From a virus (Duplodnaviria > Heunggongvirae > Uroviricota > Caudoviricetes): a DNA stretch of 4,902 bases. A program made the translations under genes and the position numbers. The stretch is from the IMG/VR virus record IMGVR_UViG_2703718771_000001; one strand, written 5' to 3'. Shown in pieces: positions 1 to 4,902 of this stretch. Below the pieces are notes generated by a model that was not told the origin of the DNA, ran no database searches, and worked only from the letters and a program-made list of their open reading frames with translations. How positions within the stretch are numbered: the first letter of the stretch is position 1; the number at the start of each line of letters is the position of its first letter.

Positions 1-223
1 CTCGCTGGCCTGCCGCAGTTCTTCAACTTCCCGGCGCAGCTTTTCGTTCTCAATTTCAGCATCCCTTTCGGCATACCATTTTATGACGGCGGCAGAGTCA
101 TAAAGCACCTCATTACCCTTGCCACCGCCTCGCAGAACGGGCATTCCCTGTTCCTGCCAGTTCTGAATGGTACGGATACTCGCACCGAAAATGTCAGCCA
201 GCTGCTTTTTGTTGACTTCCATT
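1..223 (-). CDS. nu1: Terminase small subunit Nu1, N-terminal part (CDS runs off the 5' edge of the window)
   Basis: Minus-strand ATG at 223..221 opens a frame with no stop to position 1. My translation reads MEVNKKQLADIFGASIRTIQNWQEQGMPVLRGGGKGNEVLYDSAAVIKWYAERDAEIENEKLRREVEELRQASE, which matches lambda gpNu1 from memory (winged-HTH DNA-binding N-terminus). It lies about 189 nt from the cohesive end, as in lambda. Not in the ORF track because it has no in-window stop. Confidence 0.9.
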
Positions 224-246
224 GTTCATTCCACGGACAAAAACAG

Positions 247-411
247 AGAAAGGAAACGACAGAGGCCAAAAAGCCCGTTTTCAGCACCTGTCGTTTCCTT
301 TCTTTTCAGGGGGTGTTTTAAATAAAAACATTAGGTTACGGCGAAGAAGAACGGAAACGCCTTAAACCGGAAAATTTTCATAAATAGCGAAAACCCGCAA
401 GGTCGCCGCCC
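247..411 (-). other. Lambda-type cos site: cosN 12-nt cohesive end (400..411) plus cosB with three terminase-binding R elements
   Basis: Plus 400..411 'aggtcgccgccc' is the reverse complement of GGGCGGCGACCT, the lambda cohesive end. Flanks match recalled lambda left and right end sequence with a few substitutions. The heptamer GGAAACG occurs at 252..258 and 352..358 and its complement CGTTTCC at 292..298, the R1 / R2 (inverted) / R3 arrangement of lambda cosB. An A/T-rich stretch at about 316..337 lies where the lambda IHF site I1 sits. Confidence 0.85.
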
Positions 412-669
412 CGTAACCTGTCGGATCGCCGGAAAGGACCCGCGAAAATGATAATGGTTATCAGTTGCAGCAAATCCAGTTTCTTCCACCATCGCACCGG
501 ACCAGCGACCATGAGGGGACAACGCCGCGCTCCGTTTACGCGGTAAACCCCGGTGTGTATCGTTTTTGATTATCCCCGCACACTCGCGCAGAGGAGTCTC
601 CCTGTCGGGCTGCGGTCTCTGTTAATGCAGGAATACGGCGACAATACCGCGCATGGATAATAAGGTCGC

Positions 670-894
670 TCAACACACTGGCTGTAATGCAGCGGATGCC
701 ATGCGGCATTTAGCGGCATTCATCGTACACTCCACGGTTAGTTCTTCATTCGTGGCATTCACCTGAAAGGTCCGGGAGTGTAATTGCGTACATTTACCAC
801 TGAACGAACCTTCAACAAGAACACGACCACGCTGCAAAATACGGAACGGAATTGTTCCCTGAAAAGGTTCTACGGTTATCCGTAATTTCTTCAT
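670..894 (-). CDS. Hypothetical 74-aa protein between Rz/Rz1 and cos; function unknown
   Basis: ATG at 894..892 preceded by GGAGG (plus 'cctcc' 899..903) at 4-nt spacing. The start overlaps the stop of the Rz reading frame as ATGA (plus 891..894 'tcat'). No signal peptide or transmembrane segment is obvious; four Cys residues. I do not recognise the family. Confidence 0.5.
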   Translation of the reverse strand: MKKLRITVEPFQGTIPFRILQRGRVLVEGSFSGKCTQLHSRTFQVNATNEELTVECTMNAAKCRMASAALQPVC

Positions 895-1385
895 GTATCC
901 TCCGGATAATAAAAAGCCTGCTTAGTACACTGAGTGCGGATATAGTCCTGTGCCCCTTCCACCTGCTTCTGCATTGTCATCAGCCGTTCTCTGAGGATGA
1001 AATAATCCCGTTCAGCGGTGTCTGCCAGTCGGGGGCCGGTTGCATTATCCACGCCGGAGGTGCCGGTGGCTTCACGCACGGTACCGGGGCAGGTGGCGTT
1101 GATCCGCAGGCGCTTACGACCAGCGGCAACATCAGCGCGCAGAGTTTAATTTTCAGCTCTCGCATCGGCTAATTCCCTCGAGTATCTGGCATCAAGTGCA
1201 GCAACATCACGCTGGCGCTGCTGCATATCAGTAATGGTGGCGTTCGCCTTCTCCAGTTCACTGGCCTTGTTATCGCGCTGCTCTTTGTAGGCGATTGCGT
1301 TATCACGGTAATGATTAACAGCCCATGACAGGCAGACGATGATGCAGATAACCAGAGCGGAGATAATCGCGGTTAACCGACTCAT
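891..1385 (-). pseudogene. Rz: Rz i-spanin (inner-membrane spanin subunit) interrupted by an in-frame TAA at 1146..1148
   Basis: ATG at 1385..1383 gives [29 protein letters not shown]... (N-terminal TM helix then coiled coil), resembling lambda Rz from memory. After 79 codons the frame hits TAA (plus 'tta' 1146..1148). The same frame then continues without further stops as [73 protein letters not shown]... to the stop at 891..893, and this part resembles the lambda Rz C-terminal domain. The two ORF-track entries 1146..1514 and 891..1079 are in one frame (1514-1079=435). Confidence 0.7.
980..1165 (-). CDS. Rz1: Rz1 o-spanin (outer-membrane lipoprotein spanin subunit)
   Basis: 61 aa, [20 protein letters not shown]...: lipoprotein signal peptide with lipobox ending in Cys20, then a Pro-rich mature region ([28 protein letters not shown]) as in lambda Rz1. 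Encoded in the +1 frame relative to Rz, as expected for spanins. Confidence 0.8.
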   Translation of the reverse strand: MRELKIKLCALMLPLVVSACGSTPPAPVPCVKPPAPPAWIMQPAPDWQTPLNGIISSSENG

Positions 1386-1473
1386 GACATCAACACTCCA
1401 ACGGCCAGAAACCACGGCCACGCATCGTTGCCATTGAATGCGAGCAACGCTGCCATGAAAAAGCAAATCATGC

Positions 1474-1971
1474 TCATTGTTGCCCCCACAAACAGACTTC
1501 ACGCTCAATCTCACGACGAGTCATCAGACCTTTCCATTGCTTACCGCCAGCGTATGTCCAGCGACGTAGCTGATCACATGCGCCTTTGATATCGCCCTGG
1601 TTGATTTTGCGCAGAAGCGTCGATGTTCTGAAATTGCCAGCACCCACGTTGTAAACGAATGAGTAAAGAGCGCCGCGCGTTGTTTCCGGTATATCGACTT
1701 TGATGTACGGGTTAATTTGTCTGGCTACCGTGGCAAGGTCTTTATTCAGGAGGGCTTTGCATTCTGCTTCGGTATACGTTTTACCGGGAATGATGTCTTT
1801 TCCTGTATGCCCGTGACATACAGTCCATACGCCAACGATATCTTTGTATGGTATGTAGCTGACACCTTCCAGACCATCGTTACCACCTGGACCAGTGATT
1901 AACACTGATGCTATAGCAATAGCCCCGCCACCAATAGCAGCTGCAACAGCTTTTCGTAATGACGGAGGCAT
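1474..1971 (-). CDS. R: SAR endolysin (phage-21 R21-like lysozyme with N-terminal signal-anchor-release domain)
   Basis: 165 aa. The N-terminus [30 protein letters not shown] is a Gly/Ala-rich weakly hydrophobic SAR segment, followed by a T4-lysozyme-like domain. Strong resemblance to R21 from memory. ATG at 1971..1969 overlaps the holin stop (TAATG). Confidence 0.9.
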   Translation of the reverse strand: MPPSLRKAVAAAIGGGAIAIASVLITGPGGNDGLEGVSYIPYKDIVGVWTVCHGHTGKDIIPGKTYTEAECKALLNKDLATVARQINPYIKVDIPETTRGALYSFVYNVGAGNFRTSTLLRKINQGDIKGACDQLRRWTYAGGKQWKGLMTRREIEREVCLWGQQ

Positions 1972-2186
1972 TATTCACCTCTCGCAGCCTTTCTTCTGTC
2001 TTCTCTGATTTTGAAGTACAGATTTGTCAGATAAGTCAAAAAGCCCAGAACTAGACTTCCCAGCACACCAATTGCAGCCCACTGTGACGGACTGACCTGA
2101 TCCAACCACTGTAAAAACCAGTATCCCGCACTACCAGCGGATGTTCCGTAGGCAATGCCAGTAGAGATTTTGTCCATTGATTTCAT
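1971..2186 (-). CDS. S: Class II holin / pinholin (phage-21 S21-like) with dual-start motif
   Basis: 71 aa, [71 protein letters not shown]: two TM segments and a charged C-terminus. Two in-frame ATGs (2186 and 2177) give the M-K-S-M dual start of the antiholin/holin pair (S21-71 / S21-68). GGAGG sits 8 nt upstream of the first ATG. Confidence 0.9.
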   Translation of the reverse strand: MKSMDKISTGIAYGTSAGSAGYWFLQWLDQVSPSQWAAIGVLGSLVLGFLTYLTNLYFKIREDRRKAARGE

Positions 2187-2304
2187 AGCAACGCCTCCGC
2201 AAGTAACGGATTGCGTAGTTCTTATATTGGGAAGGGGAAAAAAGAAGGCCGCGGCATAACTATCACTGATGAGTTCAGGATAGCCAGTGGCTACGGCTCA
2301 GTTA

Positions 2305-2380
2305 TGGTGCTGGTTAACGGACTTGAACCGCTACCCATTCGCTTACAAGGCGACTGCTCTACCATTGGAGCTAAACCAGC
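2305..2380 (-). tRNA. tRNA-like gene, predicted anticodon TGT (Thr), 76 nt including encoded CCA
   Basis: Minus-strand sequence GCTGGTTTAGCTCCAATGGTAGAGCAGTCGCCTTGTAAGCGAATGGGTAGCGGTTCAAGTCCGTTAACCAGCACCA. By hand fold: perfect 7-bp acceptor stem, 4-bp D stem (GCTC/GAGC) with GG in the loop, anticodon loop CTTGTAA, T arm with TTCAAGT loop. One G-A mismatch at the top of the anticodon stem and one G-T wobble in the T stem. Not run through tRNAscan. Confidence 0.55.
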
Positions 2381-2385
2381 ATATT

Positions 2386-2460
2386 TGGCGGGACAGCGTG
2401 GACTCGAACCACGATAAGAAGGTTAACAGCCTTCCGTAATGACCTTTATACGACTGACCC
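2386..2460 (-). tRNA. tRNA-like gene, predicted anticodon GTT (Asn), 75 nt including encoded CCA; possibly degenerate
   Basis: Minus-strand sequence GGGTCAGTCGTATAAAGGTCATTACGGAAGGCTGTTAACCTTCTTATCGTGGTTCGAGTCCACGCTGTCCCGCCA. T arm CGTGG/TTCGAGT/CCACG, anticodon stem GAAGG/CCTTC with loop CTGTTAA. One T-T mismatch in the acceptor stem (4:68), one in the D stem, and a 4-nt variable loop. Immediately preceded on the minus strand by a T-rich run. Confidence 0.5.
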
Positions 2461-2516
2461 AAATAAAAAAAGCCACCGTTGCAACTTAAGAGTCACTAAC
2501 GGCAGCTTATGCCAAT

Positions 2517-2545
2517 AGTGTTGCTCATTTGCTCAATGATGTCAA
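2517..2545 (-). promoter_or_regulatory. Candidate late promoter (pR'-like) immediately downstream of Q
   Basis: Minus-strand TTGACA (plus 'tgtcaa' 2540..2545) lies just after the Q stop codon, where lambdoid phages carry pR' and the Q-utilisation site. The -10 element is weak or ambiguous (AACACT / CACTAT depending on spacer). Position-based call only. Confidence 0.3.
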
Positions 2546-2551
2546 CACGTT

Positions 2552-3040
2552 CTATGCTACATGTTTAATTTTCTCTACACGTTTCCGACTTTTAAACGCA
2601 CTATCCAGAACCGGGTAAATCATAAACAACGAGGCATTAAGGATTTCGTCAACTTCCCGTCGACAGGTTGCGAGCGATGGTTTTTGAATGCGCCCGCCGC
2701 CACGGCATAACATCTTGCGAGGTCTTGCGACGCGATGATAGTAAGATGCAATGGCGTGCTTGGAAGAGCCATGAGCGTAGTAGCTGAGGAGGATTCCAAA
2801 GGCTTTCTTGTCAATGTACATGACGGAATCGACGACCTGAGAAATCAACATTCCATCATCATCATTACACATTGGCCTTGTCATAACTCTTCCCGGCTCT
2901 ACGCTCTCCATGAACTTCGCTATTACGCTGCTCATGCGCTTTTCCAGACGACCTGAATAAACCCATGCGCCCCACAGTTCAAGCCAGCCATTCAGCCACT
3001 CATGCTGTTCTTTGGTGAGGTTTAGTTCTCTTATGCCCAC
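2552..3040 (-). CDS. Q: Late-gene antiterminator Q (short QuuD / phage-21-type family)
   Basis: 162 aa starting at GTG (3040..3038), with AGAAGG 3 nt upstream. The segment [11 protein letters not shown]...[19 protein letters not shown] resembles the WGAW...RPxC-DDD-M-I core of E. coli QuuD (DLP12) as I recall it. It sits between the phosphatase gene and the lysis cassette, the position of Q; it does not resemble lambda Q (207 aa). Confidence 0.7.
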   Translation of the reverse strand: MGIRELNLTKEQHEWLNGWLELWGAWVYSGRLEKRMSSVIAKFMESVEPGRVMTRPMCNDDDGMLISQVVDSVMYIDKKAFGILLSYYAHGSSKHAIASYYHRVARPRKMLCRGGGRIQKPSLATCRREVDEILNASLFMIYPVLDSAFKSRKRVEKIKHVA

Positions 3041-3702
3041 GCGCCTTCTCCCTGTACCTGAATCAATGTGAGATTTCCGCAGAACACTGCCCCAGTATCG
3101 ATATACATCTGGTTGGCAAATTTGAGTGGTTTCACTGCTGGCGTATGACCAAAGATAAACGTGTCCGCGCCTTTAATTTCTTTAACGATCCCGTCTTGTG
3201 AGTTGCTGATTCGTTCGCGGTTCCAGATTACCTGCTGATGATCAACTGGCTTTCCAAATTCGTATTCGTCACAAGGATAATCGGCGTGGCAGATGACATA
3301 TTTTTTACCTTTGCTCACCAGTTCGATGATTAACGGAAGTTCTTCTGCTTTATGGGCAAGAGCTTTAGCCAGAATTTCTTTGTCGTAATCGAGATTAAAG
3401 AACCAGCCACCGCCATTAAGCAGCCAGTGATTAACGTTTCCACGCTCTGATAAGCCATCAATCATCATTTGCTCATGGTTTCCACGTACAGCTCTGAACC
3501 AGGGGAATGTGATTAATTCCAGGCATTCAACGTTCTCTGCACCACGATCAACCAAATCGCCCACCGAGATAAGCAGGTCTTTTTTGTTGTCGAATCCAAT
3601 CGTATCCAGTTTGTTCATCAGGTTCGTGTAGCATCCGTGCAGATCGCCAACTACCCAAATATTTCGGTATTTGCTGCCATCAATTCTTTCGTAGATATTC
3701 AT
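3031..3702 (-). CDS. ninI: Ser/Thr protein phosphatase (lambda PPase, calcineurin-like metallophosphatase)
   Basis: 223 aa with the metallophosphatase motifs GDLHG, GDLVDRG and GNHE. Closely matches lambda phosphatase from memory ([54 protein letters not shown]...). ATG at 3702..3700 overlaps the ninG stop as ATGA; GTGAGG lies upstream. Confidence 0.93.
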   Translation of the reverse strand: MNIYERIDGSKYRNIWVVGDLHGCYTNLMNKLDTIGFDNKKDLLISVGDLVDRGAENVECLELITFPWFRAVRGNHEQMMIDGLSERGNVNHWLLNGGGWFFNLDYDKEILAKALAHKAEELPLIIELVSKGKKYVICHADYPCDEYEFGKPVDHQQVIWNRERISNSQDGIVKEIKGADTFIFGHTPAVKPLKFANQMYIDTGAVFCGNLTLIQVQGEGAWA

Positions 3703-4310
3703 GCGGCCTCACTTCTGCTGTTTCGCAGTTTTTTAAGTTTCTGTTGATACTCCGCCTTGATGGTCCTGCACTCTTCGACAGTCCAGCGATGGCGGTTATG
3801 GTTTGATTCGATTTCGTCTACTGCTTCCTGCCCGATGCGGTTAATCAGTTCGACGCGATACGGAACGAGATTTCCGCTTTTGTGCTGGTTGCACACCACG
3901 CATTGCTTGTGAATATTGCGTTCATCAAATCGGAGTTGAGGTGCCGCAGCAGTTGTCCGGTAATGTCCGGCATCCCACTGAGCAGACGTGAGCGTTCCGC
4001 ACGAGATACATGGTAAGTCGCAGTCTCTTTCTCTGATGAAGGCGTTTACGGCTTGTTGGGCTTGTTTAATCCAGTAACTGCGGGGCTTTAAGGCGAGTTT
4101 TCGAATCTTCAGTTTATCTTTCTGTTTCTGCTCCTCTCGTCGTCGTTTCTTCTCTGCTGCTTTTTCCGCTTTTTCGCGTTCTTTACTTCGTCGTTCGAGT
4201 GCTATCTTGGTTCCACACTCTGGAGAGCACCACCACTGATTAGCGAATGCAGGGTGAAACCATTCCCGACATTCATCGTTTTTACATCGTCTTCGCGCTG
4301 GTTTAGCCAT
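3699..4310 (-). CDS. ninG: NinG / Rap-like recombination endonuclease
   Basis: 203 aa. N-terminal Cys cluster ([24 protein letters not shown]), a Lys/Glu-rich central stretch and a C-terminal Cys/His-rich nuclease-like region (CISCG...HYRT...CVVCNQHK). Matches lambda NinG (Rap) from memory in length and sequence. Confidence 0.88.
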   Translation of the reverse strand: MAKPARRRCKNDECREWFHPAFANQWWCSPECGTKIALERRSKEREKAEKAAEKKRRREEQKQKDKLKIRKLALKPRSYWIKQAQQAVNAFIRERDCDLPCISCGTLTSAQWDAGHYRTTAAAPQLRFDERNIHKQCVVCNQHKSGNLVPYRVELINRIGQEAVDEIESNHNRHRWTVEECRTIKAEYQQKLKKLRNSRSEAA

Positions 4311-4479
4311 CGTCTTCTTCCTCGTACATTGAGCTATTCGGATCGCTCATCAGTTCTGCGCAGCAATCGGAGCACACGTGAACTTCCAGCACATGCAGCT
4401 TCTTACCGCAGTTAGCGCACGTTAAAGCCCGCTCGACGCTTTCTTTCTGGTATTGAAGAGATTGGGATGGACTAAGCAT
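4303..4479 (-). CDS. ninF: NinF-like small zinc-ribbon protein
   Basis: From ATG 4479: [58 protein letters not shown] (58 aa), matching lambda NinF from memory, with CxxC...CxxCC. The ORF-track start at 4536 is a TTG extension. An alternative ATG exists at 4491. Confidence 0.8.
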   Translation of the reverse strand: MLSPSQSLQYQKESVERALTCANCGKKLHVLEVHVCSDCCAELMSDPNSSMYEEEDDG

Positions 4480-4879
4480 GGCTTTCACCATTAAAAAGTC
4501 GCTTGTAAGCATCAATGTCTCGTTTTGCTTCACCAAGCTTTCGTCTTAATTCCATGTTTTCTGATTCAAGCTTTTCCATGTCTTGCTGGTATCTATCGCG
4601 GTGTTCTTTCCATGCTTTTTGATACGCCTTCATGTATGTCATATTGGCCTTTCTCTTTGCCTGACGAACTGCGTGGTGGTTTTTCACAAACCAGTCAGGG
4701 TCGTTAAATGCTGCTCTGGCGCATGTATACCAATAATTTGTTGCCTCCCTGTTTAGCCAATAAATACTGATAAATGGCAACCGGATAGACACCATTTTTC
4801 GTTGAGACTCTTTCTCGCCAAACATGTGCCCTTTTTTGATGCTAAGGCCAAATCCAGGTTGAATTAAAAGCATTATCAT
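4472..4879 (-). CDS. Hypothetical nin-region protein (135 aa, or 133 aa from ATG 4873) with a predicted C-terminal coiled coil
   Basis: Long ORF immediately upstream of ninF and overlapping it by 8 nt, in the position of lambda ninD/ninE but with no resemblance to lambda NinE that I can recall. The C-terminus (QQDMEKLESENMELRRKLGEAKRDIDAYKRL) is heptad-like; the N-terminal half is Trp/Tyr-rich. Best ribosome-binding site (GAGAGG at 8-nt spacing) favours the ATG at 4873. Confidence 0.5.
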   Translation of the reverse strand: MIMLLIQPGFGLSIKKGHMFGEKESQRKMVSIRLPFISIYWLNREATNYWYTCARAAFNDPDWFVKNHHAVRQAKRKANMTYMKAYQKAWKEHRDRYQQDMEKLESENMELRRKLGEAKRDIDAYKRLFNGESHA

Positions 4880-4902
4880 GTCCTCTCACATTGAAAATTC
4901 AG

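Noticed and set aside
81-287. Minus-strand ORF of 68 aa
   Set aside because: Out of frame with Nu1 and runs through the Nu1 start and cosB R1; the Nu1 frame is the real one.
331-522. Minus-strand ORF of 63 aa
   Set aside because: Spans the cohesive-end junction and cosB R3; would be split in the linear virion genome.
541-600. Inverted repeat GGTTTACCGCGTAAACGG near the right side of cos, considered as a terminator after the 74-aa ORF
   Set aside because: Not followed by a T-run on the transcribed strand, and it lies in sequence that matches the lambda right end, so it is more likely part of the cos-flanking region.
852-1172. Plus-strand ORF of 106 aa
   Set aside because: Lies antisense to and entirely within the Rz/Rz1 region, which has clear homology-supported coding on the minus strand; no ribosome-binding site noted.
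1386-1514. N-terminal extension of Rz back to the ORF-track start at 1514
   Set aside because: Overlaps the 3' end of the endolysin gene; the Rz TM helix begins at the internal ATG 1385 ([12 protein letters not shown]...), which matches the lambda Rz N-terminus.
1717-1902. Plus-strand ORF of 61 aa
   Set aside because: Antisense to the SAR endolysin gene; shadow ORF.
2230-2304. Possible third, degenerate tRNA-like remnant between the Thr-like tRNA and the holin
   Set aside because: Acceptor-like pairing can be drawn (GCCGTAG with CCGCGGC) and the stretch resembles lambda sequence upstream of S, but there is no T arm (no GGTTCGA-type loop) and it is too short for a tRNA.
2211-2417. Plus-strand ORF of 68 aa
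   Set aside because: Overlaps the two tRNA-like genes and the holin leader on the opposite strand; Gly/Arg-rich composition typical of translated structured RNA.
2620-2814. Minus-strand ORF of 64 aa, and plus-strand ORF 2735..2956 (73 aa)
   Set aside because: Both lie inside the Q gene in alternative frame or antisense; Q is supported by family resemblance and position.
4100-4200. Low-complexity CT-rich stretch
   Set aside because: It is the coding sequence for the Lys/Glu/Arg-rich central region of NinG on the minus strand, not a repeat element.
4480-4536. N-terminal extension of ninF (TTG at 4536, or ATG at 4491)
   Set aside because: The 4536 start is TTG and lies well inside the upstream ORF; lambda NinF begins at MLSPSQ, corresponding to ATG 4479. 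The ATG at 4491 remains a possible alternative.
4525-4707. Plus-strand ORF of 60 aa
   Set aside because: Antisense to the 135-aa nin-region ORF; no independent support.

Overview
This window is the right-arm (nin, late-regulation and lysis) region of a lambdoid prophage or phage, running through the cos site into the first packaging gene; every gene is on the minus strand, so the window is the reverse complement of the usual lambda map. Reading the minus strand from high to low coordinates: an uncharacterised 135-aa ORF, ninF, ninG (Rap-like), the lambda-type Ser/Thr phosphatase (GDxHG / GDxxDRG / GNHE motifs), a short QuuD/phage-21-type antiterminator Q, a candidate late promoter, two tRNA-like genes, a phage-21-type lysis cassette (dual-start pinholin, SAR endolysin, Rz, Rz1), an uncharacterised 74-aa ORF, a lambda-type cos site (12-nt cohesive end plus three terminase R elements), and the 5' end of terminase small subunit Nu1 running off the window. 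All similarity statements are from reading the sequence and from memory of lambda and phage 21 proteins; no database search was run. I found no clearly novel multi-gene system. The points most worth a second look are an in-frame TAA that splits the Rz i-spanin while Rz1 stays intact, the cos-proximal 74-aa ORF whose start overlaps the ancestral Rz stop, the two tRNA-like genes in the late leader, and the 135-aa nin-region ORF.
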